From positions 4,207 to 68,206 of the forward strand of contig CAZDZJ010000118.1 of NCBI GenBank assembly GCA_964509895.1: DNA of 64,000 bases, read 5' to 3'. The translations under genes were made by a program, and so were the position numbers. This stretch comes from an uncultured Gemmatimonadota bacterium (GTDB taxonomy: Bacteria > Gemmatimonadota > Gemmatimonadetes > Palauibacterales > Palauibacteraceae). This document shows, piece by piece, positions 1 to 8,386 of this stretch (position 1 is the stretch's first letter; every line of letters begins with the position of its first letter). A model generated the notes under the pieces. The model was not told where the DNA came from. It saw nothing but the letters and a program-made list of their open reading frames with translations, and ran no database searches.

Positions 1-436
1 GCTCGACTTCCGCTTCGGTCACGAAATCGGTCCCACGTGCCTGAAGCGCCGTGAGACGGTCCGCGTCCCGCTGCGCCTGCTGGTAGGTTGCCTCCTGCTG
101 GGCGAGGTTGGCCTCCGCCTGCGCAAGTCCGGCCTCGGCCCGTTCCACGGCCGCCCGGAAGAGGGCCGGGTCGATCTGCAGCAGGAGGTCTCCCTCCTCC
201 ACATCCTGCCCTTCCTCCACCGGGAGTGCGATGATCCGCCCGGCGACGTCGGTCGTGATATCCACGTGCGTCTTGGGCTCGATGTGGCCCGTCGCGGAGA
301 CATCGTCGACGAGGTCCCGCAACCCGACGGCCTCCACGCGGACTTCTACGGCGCCGCGCCCTTCCCGCTGCATGGCGAGGAATCCCATGGTCGCGAGAAG
401 TCCGACGACGACGACCGCGATGATCGCTTTCTTCAT
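1..436 (-). CDS. RND/MacA-type efflux transporter periplasmic adaptor subunit (runs off the left edge of the window)
   Basis: Hand translation from ATG at 436: MKKAIIAVVVVGLLATMGFLAM (membrane anchor), then SATGHIEP..VDITTDVAGRIIALPVEEGQDVEEGDLLLQIDP (biotinyl-lipoyl half-motif of HlyD/MFP proteins), then a coiled-coil hairpin. Not in the ORF track because no stop lies in the window. Confidence 0.85.
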   Translation of the reverse strand, partial: MKKAIIAVVVVGLLATMGFLAMQREGRGAVEVRVEAVGLRDLVDDVSATGHIEPKTHVDITTDVAGRIIALPVEEGQDVEEGDLLLQIDPALFRAAVERAEAGLAQAEANLAQQEATYQQAQRDADRLTALQARGTDFVTEAEVE

Positions 437-506
437 CCTTCACAAGAACCTTTATTTCGAGACTCGGCGCGGTGTTCGGAACCCTCCCCGTCCCGCGTCC
501 GGGGGC

Positions 507-525
507 TACGTCACCGATACGTCAC
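507..525. promoter_or_regulatory. Direct repeat TACGTCAC-N3-TACGTCAC (11-bp period), candidate OmpR/PhoB-family response regulator site
   Basis: Exact 8-mer at 507-514 and 518-525, about 70-90 nt upstream of the adaptor gene start. Confidence 0.4.
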
Positions 526-621
526 GGGTACGGCCCCGCAACGCGAAGGGTTTCACCGCTCTCGGCGCTCATCCCGTTCCCGCAAGCGGCCGCACACGCC
601 TCCCGGTCGGACCCGTCGCTG

Positions 622-1368
622 CTACCCGGCCAGTCCCGCCAGGAGACCGGAAAAGATCGCGATGGCTGCGACGAGGATCAGGTAGAGCACGAGCAGGTAG
701 GTCGTGCCCGCCGCAACCGACCGCCCCGGATAGAAGCGGCTCACCGCCACCCCTACCACCCCGCACGTCCAAACAGAGAAGATGTTGATTCCGTTTAGGA
801 ACCTGCCGATGAACCCCTCCATCTCGGGCAGGAAGAGGCCAGGCGAGAGGATCGTGATCTCGGCGCCGACCGCCAGCAGGGCGATAGAGACGATACTCCC
901 CGCCGTGTAGACGTACATGGCGTGCGCGACGGCGCCCAACAGCTGCTTGAAGCTGGCCTCACCCCCCATGACGACGTTGAACGCGATGAGGAGAAGTCCC
1001 GCGATGAGCGAGAGTATGAGGGGCGTCGCGATGATCGCGCCCGCAATGACGCCGATCGCTCCCGGTGAAACGGCTGCGTCGACCTGTTGCTCCAGCACCG
1101 CCGGGTCGGTTCCCGCCGGCACGAAATCCGCGATTCGGGCCTCTGCCGCCCTCCGCAATACGTCCTCGGGGACGATGACCGGCGTGAGGAACTGAAGCGC
1201 GATGCTGAGGCCGATGAGGCCCAGGACGGCGCCCAACCAGGCGGGCCGGTGGCGGAGTGCGTCGAACAGCTTCGCCGGCGAGACGAAGACCTGCACGATG
1301 CGCACGGGCAGGGAGGGGATCCCGTGGTCCTCCACCGATGCCTCGGACGATTCCGGATGGTGTTCCAT
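622..1368 (-). CDS. Yip1-family multi-pass membrane protein
   Basis: Begins 'VRIVQVFVSPAKLFDALRHRP.W', with about 5 hydrophobic segments. Start moved to ATG 1368, preceded by GGAGGAGAGG. Confidence 0.75.
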   Translation of the reverse strand: MEHHPESSEASVEDHGIPSLPVRIVQVFVSPAKLFDALRHRPAWLGAVLGLIGLSIALQFLTPVIVPEDVLRRAAEARIADFVPAGTDPAVLEQQVDAAVSPGAIGVIAGAIIATPLILSLIAGLLLIAFNVVMGGEASFKQLLGAVAHAMYVYTAGSIVSIALLAVGAEITILSPGLFLPEMEGFIGRFLNGINIFSVWTCGVVGVAVSRFYPGRSVAAGTTYLLVLYLILVAAIAIFSGLLAGLAG

Positions 1369-1387
1369 GCCTCTCCTCCAGTCTGTC

Positions 1388-2086
1388 TCAGCCCTCGGAC
1401 GGGGCGCGCACGGCCTCGCGCCCGGCGGCGTCCAGGACGCGGACGAGCCGGTCGTCCGCGTCGAGCCATACCCGGTGCAGGGCGCCTTCAATGTCCACCT
1501 CGTACCGCATCGCGTCCACCGACTCCCCGCTTATCGAGACGCGCTCCTCCGCCCGTCGCGTCAGGCGTGCGGTCGCGGTTCGCGCGGCGAGGGGCAGGAC
1601 CACCTGCAGGAGCCCCTCCGGCGCGTCGCGCAGCGCGAGCACGAGAACGAGATAGTGGTGCGCCACCCCCGGCTCGAGAATCGCGGTCGCGTCCTGCACC
1701 GGGTACTCCTTCCAGCGCTCCCCCTCCGCGGTCGCGAAATGAAAGCGGACGCGGTCGGGGAAGCGCTCCCCGCTGACAAGGGCGGATCCCCCCTCACGTA
1801 TCTCGTATTTCACGGGGAGCAGCTCGGGATCCATCTGCAGTCGCACCTGCCAGGCGGTTCGCTGCGCCATTTCGACGCTGGCCACGGCGTTCACCGTGGA
1901 TCCGGTCTGCCAGATCCGGAAACGCTCCGTCCCCACCCGGCGCCCGTCCTCGCGCAGATAGAGGTGGCCCGCGTCGAGTTCCTGGGCGCTGACGCCGTAC
2001 GGGATCGGCACGACCGCAAGGAGCAGGGCCGCCAGGAGCCCCGCGAGCCCCCGTGCCCTGCCCGGCGATCTCGCTTTCTTTGCCAC
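1388..2086 (-). CDS. Secreted hypothetical protein, beta-strand rich (DUF6134/DUF3108-like by eye)
   Basis: 232-aa ORF with a signal peptide (MAKKARS..LAGLLAALLLAVVP..VSA|QE) and 'VGTERFRI'/'VDAMRYEV..GALHRVWLDADDRLVRV' patterns. Confidence 0.6.
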   Translation of the reverse strand: MAKKARSPGRARGLAGLLAALLLAVVPIPYGVSAQELDAGHLYLREDGRRVGTERFRIWQTGSTVNAVASVEMAQRTAWQVRLQMDPELLPVKYEIREGGSALVSGERFPDRVRFHFATAEGERWKEYPVQDATAILEPGVAHHYLVLVLALRDAPEGLLQVVLPLAARTATARLTRRAEERVSISGESVDAMRYEVDIEGALHRVWLDADDRLVRVLDAAGREAVRAPSEG

Positions 2087-2187
2087 TCGTCCGCCTGGTT
2101 CGGAACCCGATTGAGACCCGGTTGATGCCGGTGCCGATCCTGATGCACGGTGAAGTTACACGGTTGCAGGGGCGGGAGCGACGAAGA

Positions 2188-3720
2188 ATGTCCATGTGGG
2201 TTGGGTCGGCCTCGGTGATGTCGGCGGCGGTGATGGGACTCGACGTGCGGCCCGTAAGTGTCGAGGTGTCACTGACGAAGGGGACGCCGATCATCCAGAT
2301 CGTCGGGCTCGCGCAAAGCGCCGTCCGCGAGGGCCGCGAGCGGATCCGGGCCGCGGCGGCGCAGCTGGGTCTGCACGTCCCCGGGTTGCGCATCACGGTG
2401 AACCTGGCGCCGGCGGACCTTCCCAAGACGGGGGCCGCGCTGGATCTGCCGATCATGCTCGGCATCCTGTGCGCGAAGGGCGACCTCGCCCAGGAGACCC
2501 TCCGGGGCACGCTGGCCGTGGGCGAACTCGGACTCGACGGGTCGCTGCGCTCCATACGCGGCGCCCTGCCGATCGCCCTCTTCGCCGCCGCGAGTCCTCA
2601 CGTCTCGCGCCTCCTCCTCCCCGCCGCCAACCTGCGGGAAGCGTCGGCCGCGGAGGGGATCGCCCTGGGCGGGTCGGAGTCTCTGACCCATGTCCTCGCC
2701 GCCCTGAAGCACGGGTCCGGACGGCGCGCCCCGTTGGCGCTGCTGCGTCCCGTCCCTCGAAGCACGGACGACGGCAGGCCCGAGGACGGCGGGTTCGACC
2801 TTTGCGCCGTAAAGGGACAGCCGGTCGCGAAGCGGGCCCTCGAGATCGCGGCAGCGGGCGGTCACAACCTGCTCCTCTCCGGGTGCCCCGGCTCCGGCAA
2901 GACGAGTCTCGCCCGCTGTCTCCCCGGCCTCCTTCCGGCCCTCGACATCCGGGAGGCCGTGGACGTGACGGCGATCCACAGCGTCGCGGGCCTCCTGGCC
3001 GATGGCTCCGGGCTCAGGCGCGCCCGGCCTTTCCGGGCGCCGCACCATTCCATCAGCGAGGCCGGGCTCATCGGCGGAGGAAGTCGTCCACGGCCGGGCG
3101 AGGTGTCGCTCGCGCATCACGGCGTGCTCTTCCTGGATGAACTCCCGGAGTTCGGCCGCCGCACGCTGGAGGCACTGCGCCAGCCCATCGAGGAAGGGCA
3201 GGTGCGCATCGTCCGCGCGGCGGGGTCGGCGAGCTTTCCGGCCGAATTCACGCTGGTGGCCGCGATGAACCCCTGTCCCTGCGGCTTCATGGGCGTGGCG
3301 GGCCGCTGCCGCTGCCCTTTGGAATCCGTGCGGCGTTACCGCCGGCGCGTGAGCGGGCCGCTCCTCGACCGGATCGACATGCTCGTCGACGTGCCCGCGG
3401 TCCCGTGGGAGCAGCTCGCGGACCCCGCACCCGCGGAGACGAGCGAGGTCGTGCGCTCCCGCGTGTCGAGGGCGCGCGCCCTCGCCTCCCGCCGGCAGGG
3501 AACGACGAACGCGCGCCTCCCGCCCGCCCGTCTCGAAGAGGCGTGCCGGATCGACCGGGTCGGCCGCTCGCTGCTGAGGAAGGCCGTGACGCATCTCGAC
3601 CTCACGGCCCGCGGGTATCACCGCGCGCTTCGCGTCTCCCGGACGATCGCGGACCTCGAAGAGTGCGCCCGCATATCCGAGGAGCACGTCGCCGAGGCAA
3701 TTCGTTTCCGAGGATCCTAG
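2188..3720 (+). CDS. comM: YifB/ComM family Mg-chelatase-like AAA+ ATPase
   Basis: Lon-like N-terminus (ITVNLAPADLPKTG..LDLP), Walker A GCPGSGKT, PFRAPHHS, GEVSLAHHGVLFLDELPEF, AMNPCPCG, SGPLLDRID. Start position approximate (ATG 2188 or 2194). Confidence 0.92.
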   Translation: MSMWVGSASVMSAAVMGLDVRPVSVEVSLTKGTPIIQIVGLAQSAVREGRERIRAAAAQLGLHVPGLRITVNLAPADLPKTGAALDLPIMLGILCAKGDLAQETLRGTLAVGELGLDGSLRSIRGALPIALFAAASPHVSRLLLPAANLREASAAEGIALGGSESLTHVLAALKHGSGRRAPLALLRPVPRSTDDGRPEDGGFDLCAVKGQPVAKRALEIAAAGGHNLLLSGCPGSGKTSLARCLPGLLPALDIREAVDVTAIHSVAGLLADGSGLRRARPFRAPHHSISEAGLIGGGSRPRPGEVSLAHHGVLFLDELPEFGRRTLEALRQPIEEGQVRIVRAAGSASFPAEFTLVAAMNPCPCGFMGVAGRCRCPLESVRRYRRRVSGPLLDRIDMLVDVPAVPWEQLADPAPAETSEVVRSRVSRARALASRRQGTTNARLPPARLEEACRIDRVGRSLLRKAVTHLDLTARGYHRALRVSRTIADLEECARISEEHVAEAIRFRGS

Positions 3721-3824
3721 TGCAGTGTCGCAGAAATCCTCGAGACACCGAGAGTGCCGGGGCACCGCGGGGACGGATGCAGCGGCGCTCGAATGACCGC
3801 AGGATTTCTGCGACACTGCACTAG
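3717..3824. mobile_element. 108-bp MITE/REP-like element with perfect 24-bp terminal inverted repeats bounded by CTAG
   Basis: CTAGTGCAGTGTCGCAGAAATCCT (3717-3740) is the exact reverse complement of AGGATTTCTGCGACACTGCACTAG (3801-3824). The two CTAGs carry the stop codons of the convergent flanking genes. Confidence 0.7.
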
Positions 3825-4459
3825 TGTCGCGCGTCGGCCGGGAGTTCGGGACACGGGCCGGCCTCCACCGGCTGCGGGGCCGGCACGTTCCCCCGCCCGA
3901 GCGTCAGGAAGTTCGCGAGCAGCCGGTGCCCGCCCGCCGTCAGTACGGCTTCCGGATGGAACTGCACGCCCCACACGGGCCACGACGCGTGTTCGAGGGC
4001 CATCACCTCACCCTCTTCCGTGCGGGCCGTGACCAGGAGGCCGGCGCCGGGCGCCCCGGGGTCCACGATCAGCGAATGGTAGCGGGTGACTTCCAGTGGG
4101 GAGGGGAGGCCCGAGAAGAGTCCCCGCCCCTCGTGAGAGATCGCCGAAAGACGACCGTGCATCGGACGCCGAGCCCGGACGACGCGTCCACCGGTCGCCG
4201 CAGCGATACACTGGTGACCGAGACAGACGCCGAGAATCGGGATCTCCGCGCCCACCTCGCGCACCACCTGGACGGAGGCTCCGGCTTCGCCCGGCGTGCA
4301 GGGACCGGGCGAGATGACGATGTGCGAGAAGCCTTCGCCCCGGAGGGTTCCCGGATGCACGGCGTCGTTGCGCCGCACGCGCACGGTCTCCCCAAGTTCC
4401 TCGAGGTACCGGGCGAGGTTGAAGACGAACGAATCGTAGTTGTCGATGAGGAGGATCAT
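3821..4459 (-). CDS. pabA: Aminodeoxychorismate/anthranilate synthase component II (class I glutamine amidotransferase, PabA/TrpG)
   Basis: MILLIDNYDSFVFNL, IVISPGPCTP, ILGVCLGHQ (catalytic Cys), RYHSL, GVQFHPE (His-Glu). PabA versus TrpG cannot be told apart by eye. Confidence 0.9.
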   Translation of the reverse strand: MILLIDNYDSFVFNLARYLEELGETVRVRRNDAVHPGTLRGEGFSHIVISPGPCTPGEAGASVQVVREVGAEIPILGVCLGHQCIAAATGGRVVRARRPMHGRLSAISHEGRGLFSGLPSPLEVTRYHSLIVDPGAPGAGLLVTARTEEGEVMALEHASWPVWGVQFHPEAVLTAGGHRLLANFLTLGRGNVPAPQPVEAGPCPELPADARH

Positions 4460-5051
4460 GGCAGCCGCAGGATATGTCCCCCCCGACGTCAGGTCGAGGC
4501 TCTTCGCGGCCGTCCTCCTTCCCTCCGCGGTGTGCGAGGATCTGGCGCGCGCGACCGCCGCTCTCCGGGCTCTGGAAGGGGTGCGGCCGGTGCGGACGGA
4601 GCAGCTCCACCTCACGCTGCGCTTCATCGGCGAGGTCGACCGGGCTCGCGAGAGGCCTCTCGCGCGCGGGATCGCTGCCGTGGCGGCGGCCGTGTCGAGC
4701 TTCCCGATCCGCCTTCGCGGTGCAGGCGCCTTCCCTTCGCACCGGCGCGCTCGCGTCCTGTGGGTCGGAGTCGAGCAGAGTTCCGCGCTCGCCGCTCTCC
4801 AGGCGTCCGTGGAAGCTGCCGTGGTCCGGGCCGGCGTGGCTCCCGACCCGCGTCCCTTCCGCCCGCACGTGACGGTGGGACGAATCCGCCGCCCCCGGCC
4901 GCCCGTAGGTCTGGCGGGCGCCGTTGCCGGGGTCCGCTTCGAGACGACCGTGGACGTCCGTGGCGTGACCCTGATGCGGAGCGTGCTCGATCCAGGCGGG
5001 GCACGGCACACCCAGGTTGCCGCCTGTCCGCTCGCGGAGGGGTCCCGGTGA
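4458..5051 (+). CDS. thpR: RNA 2',3'-cyclic phosphodiesterase (2H phosphoesterase, former 2'-5' RNA ligase)
   Basis: RLFAAV, LHLTLRFIGE and FRPHVTVGR (two HxT motifs). The ATG at 4458 is preceded by GAGGAGG. Confidence 0.88.
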   Translation: MAAAGYVPPDVRSRLFAAVLLPSAVCEDLARATAALRALEGVRPVRTEQLHLTLRFIGEVDRARERPLARGIAAVAAAVSSFPIRLRGAGAFPSHRRARVLWVGVEQSSALAALQASVEAAVVRAGVAPDPRPFRPHVTVGRIRRPRPPVGLAGAVAGVRFETTVDVRGVTLMRSVLDPGGARHTQVAACPLAEGSR

Positions 5052-5064
5052 CGCCCGCGACGGA

Positions 5065-5079
5065 GCGACACTACACTAG
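5065..5079. repeat. Solo, degenerate copy of the terminal repeat of the 3717-3824 element
   Basis: GCGACACTACACTAG versus GCGACACTGCACTAG (3810-3824): 14/15 identical, ending in CTAG, in the thpR downstream intergenic region. Confidence 0.5.
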
Positions 5080-5130
5080 TGTACAGCAGGTTGGTTCTTT
5101 CCCCGATTCCGGTCGGAGGGGGTCGAAGAC

Positions 5131-5883
5131 ATGGGTATCTTCCGAAGACTGTTCAAGGGACTGGGCTTCCTCATCTTTCTCCTGATTCTGCTGGTCGCCG
5201 GCTGGATCTTCAGGGAGGAAATCGGAGCGTGGCTCGCGAACGTCGACGCGGATGACATCGTCGTCGAGGAGTCGGTGCCGGAATTCGGTCCCGCAGCCGC
5301 GGCTCAGGTGGACACGGCCCTGCGGGAGCTGGCGGCCGGCCGCGATCCGGGCGTCGCCGGGCCCGCCCGGAGCGAACCCGCCGCCGTCGATTCGGCCGCC
5401 GTCGAACCGACCGGGGAGTCTGCCGGCGGGGACGAGGCCGCCGCCGGCCCCGCGGCGGAGACGCGCTTCACCGAGACGGACCTTCAGAGCTACGTGCGCT
5501 ACCAGGTGATCCCTCGGCTGCCGGCCGGCGTGGGGGAACCCGCGCTCGAGCTGCGCGACTCGACCGTCGCCTTCTCCGTCATGCTCCACTTCACGCAGCT
5601 TCCGATCGCGGCGGACGCCGCCGCAACGCTCTCGAGGATGCTCGGCGACTCGGCCCGCGTGGCCGGGGAGGTCCGGCCGGAGGTCGGGGAGATCGGCGAA
5701 GGGCGCCTCGACCTCGTGAACCTCCGGGCGGGCGTCATCCCGGTGCCCCCGATGATGGTCGGCATGGCCGCACAGCAACTGGGGTTGCGCATGGACGGAG
5801 GAACCGTGCTCTTCGACATCCCCGCGAGCGTCATCGACGTCCGGGTGGAGAACGGGGAGATCGTCCTCGTCACGAGCCGTTAG
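5131..5883 (+). CDS. Membrane-anchored hypothetical protein
   Basis: N-terminal TM helix (LGFLIFLLILLVAGWIF), acidic Ala/Pro linker, then a folded C-terminal domain. Typical codon usage and SD GGAGGG. Confidence 0.7.
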   Translation: MGIFRRLFKGLGFLIFLLILLVAGWIFREEIGAWLANVDADDIVVEESVPEFGPAAAAQVDTALRELAAGRDPGVAGPARSEPAAVDSAAVEPTGESAGGDEAAAGPAAETRFTETDLQSYVRYQVIPRLPAGVGEPALELRDSTVAFSVMLHFTQLPIAADAAATLSRMLGDSARVAGEVRPEVGEIGEGRLDLVNLRAGVIPVPPMMVGMAAQQLGLRMDGGTVLFDIPASVIDVRVENGEIVLVTSR

Positions 5884-5943
5884 GGCCGCCCGCGACCAGG
5901 CCGGCGGCCCGCCCGTCAACCACACAAGCGGAGTCTCCCAGGC

Positions 5944-7434
5944 ATGGCCGAGAAGTTCCCCAACCATATCGCGGGCGAGTGGACCGCACCCGCCGGCGGC
6001 GCATACATCGAGAACCGAAACCCGGCCCGCACGTCGGACTTGATCGGCCTCTTCCCGGACACGGATGCGTCGGGGCTGGACGCCGCCGTGGCCTCCGCGC
6101 AGCGCGGCTTCGAGGCGTGGTCCCGCACGCCCGCGCCCGAGCGGGGGCTTGTGCTGAAGAAGGCCGGGGACCTGCTGACGCAGCACAAGGAGGACCTGGC
6201 GCGCACGGCTACGCGCGAGATGGGCAAGGTGCTCGACGAAACGCGCGGCGACGTCCAGGAGGCGATCGACACGGCCTACTACGCGGCCGTGGAGGGCCGG
6301 CGCCTCTTCGGACGCACCGCGCCCTCCGAACTGCGGAGCAAGTGGGCGATGTCGTTTCGGCGGCCCATCGGCGTGTTCGGGATCATCACGCCGTTCAACT
6401 TCCCGGTCGCGGTCCCGAGCTGGAAGATCTTCCCCGCCCTCCTGTGCGGGAACAGCATCATCTACAAGCCTTCCGAGGACGTGCCGCACAGTGCCCACCG
6501 CTTCGTCGAGATCCTGCTCGAGGCGGGGCTCCCGCCCGAGTGCGTGCAGCTGCTGCACGGACGGGGGGAGACCATCGGGCAGGCGATCGTCGAACACCCG
6601 GGCATTCCCGGGCTTTCCTTCACCGGATCCACGGAGACCGGCAGCCGGATCGGTGAGATCGCCGGGCGGATGCACAAGCGCCTTTCTCTCGAGATGGGCG
6701 GCAAGAACGCGCAGATCGTCATGTCCGATGCGGACCTCGATCTCGCCCTCGAAGGGGTTCTCTGGGGCGCTTTCGGAACGACGGGGCAGCGCTGTACCGC
6801 GACGAGCCGCCTCCTCCTGCAGAGCGACATCCACGACGAGTTCGCGGAACGGCTGTGCTACGAGGCGCGCTCTCTCCGGCTCGGGGACGGACTGCAGGCC
6901 GGCGTCGATGTGGGTCCGCTCATCCACGAGGACGCACGCGAGAAGTGCAAACGCTACGTGGCGGTCGCGCGTGACGAGGGCGCCACGGTCGCGACGGGGG
7001 GTGGACGCCCGACGGAGAGCGGACTCGCCGACGGCTGGTTTTTCGAACCGACGGTCCTCACCGGCGTCGAGAGGGGGCACCGGACCGCGTGTGAAGAGAT
7101 CTTCGGCCCGGTGCTCTCCGTCATCCGCTTCGACACGCTCGAGGAGGCCTTCGAGATCAACAACGAAGTGCCGTACGGGTTGTCCTCATCGATCTACACG
7201 CAGGATGTGTCATCCTCCTTCCGGGCCGTGGAAGAACTCGACAACGGCATTACCTACGTGAACGCGCCGACCATCGGTGCCGAAGCCCACCTCCCGTTCG
7301 GTGGCGTCAAGAGCACGGGGAACGGACACCGCGAAGGCGGGTGGGAAGTCTATGAGTTCTACACGGAGACGAAGGTGGCGTACGTCGACTACAGCGGCTC
7401 CCTGCAGCGCGCGCAGATCGATGTCGATTGGTGA
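5944..7434 (+). CDS. NAD(P)-dependent aldehyde dehydrogenase
   Basis: ITPFNFP, FTGSTETG, LEMGGKN (Glu), GQRCTA (catalytic Cys), EEIFGP, PFGGVK.STG.G.REGG. Confidence 0.95.
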   Translation: MAEKFPNHIAGEWTAPAGGAYIENRNPARTSDLIGLFPDTDASGLDAAVASAQRGFEAWSRTPAPERGLVLKKAGDLLTQHKEDLARTATREMGKVLDETRGDVQEAIDTAYYAAVEGRRLFGRTAPSELRSKWAMSFRRPIGVFGIITPFNFPVAVPSWKIFPALLCGNSIIYKPSEDVPHSAHRFVEILLEAGLPPECVQLLHGRGETIGQAIVEHPGIPGLSFTGSTETGSRIGEIAGRMHKRLSLEMGGKNAQIVMSDADLDLALEGVLWGAFGTTGQRCTATSRLLLQSDIHDEFAERLCYEARSLRLGDGLQAGVDVGPLIHEDAREKCKRYVAVARDEGATVATGGGRPTESGLADGWFFEPTVLTGVERGHRTACEEIFGPVLSVIRFDTLEEAFEINNEVPYGLSSSIYTQDVSSSFRAVEELDNGITYVNAPTIGAEAHLPFGGVKSTGNGHREGGWEVYEFYTETKVAYVDYSGSLQRAQIDVDW

Positions 7435-7549
7435 GACGGGGGCGGTGAGACGCCGTTGAGATGCCGCCGTACATCTCCGGGTGTGGGGCCGGACGCCGGC
7501 CCGCGCGCGGCGACGTCGATCACCGGCTCGTGCAACAGGGAAGGGTGGC

Positions 7550-8374
7550 ATGGAGGACAGACCGGCTGAGAGAGCCGATTCCGAGGCGAAGGAGACGGTA
7601 GGGGAGGGCGCCGCCACGCGCCGGGGCGTCCGCAGGTTCCGGGCGCCCACGACGCGGGCTCGCCGCAGTCGCGACGCGTCCGTCGGCCGGTGGATGTGGG
7701 AGTGGACGAAGTCGATCTTCATCGCCCTCGTGCTGTTTCTCTTCGTCCGCACCTTCGTGGTGGAAGCCTTCCAGATCCCGACCGCCTCGATGGAGAACAC
7801 GCTCCTCATCGGAGATTTCCTCCTCGTCAACAAGATGGTGTATGGAGCCGAGATCCCCGGGACCGAACTGGAGTTGCCGGCGTTCGGCGAGCCGTCGCGG
7901 GGTGACGTCATCGTGTTCGAGCCGCCCGAATCCGCCGAGCAGCCGCCGCGCACGAACTACGTGAAGCGGATCGTCGGGATGCCCGGGGACACGCTGCGCA
8001 TGCGCCGGGGAAGGCTCTTCGTGAACAACGCTCCCTTCGAGGAGCCCTATGTGAAGGCCGCGTCGAACTTCCCCGACGCTCCGAGCCCGAAGTTCGCGTG
8101 GCAGCGCCGGTTCCTGACCGATCGCGCGCGCCGCTCCGGCACCGTGACGACCCGGAACAACTGGGGACCGCTCGTCGTGCCGGAGGACAGCTATTTCGTC
8201 ATGGGGGACAACCGGTCGAACTCCGAGGATTCCCGCTACTGGGGGTTTGTTCCGAGAGATGCGATCCGCGGGCGGCCCTTCCTCGTGTACTACTCGTACG
8301 ATCGGGAGCCGAGGGGTTCCTGGTCGTGGCTCACCGAGATCCGCTGGGACCGGATTCTGCGCGGCGTCGACTGA
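7550..8374 (+). CDS. lepB: Signal peptidase I
   Basis: TM segment, then FQIPTASMENTL (Ser), GDFLLVNK, YVKRIVGMPGD (Lys), YFVMGDNRSNSEDSRYWG. Confidence 0.93.
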   Translation: MEDRPAERADSEAKETVGEGAATRRGVRRFRAPTTRARRSRDASVGRWMWEWTKSIFIALVLFLFVRTFVVEAFQIPTASMENTLLIGDFLLVNKMVYGAEIPGTELELPAFGEPSRGDVIVFEPPESAEQPPRTNYVKRIVGMPGDTLRMRRGRLFVNNAPFEEPYVKAASNFPDAPSPKFAWQRRFLTDRARRSGTVTTRNNWGPLVVPEDSYFVMGDNRSNSEDSRYWGFVPRDAIRGRPFLVYYSYDREPRGSWSWLTEIRWDRILRGVD

Positions 8375-8386
8375 GGGCCGTCGGCA

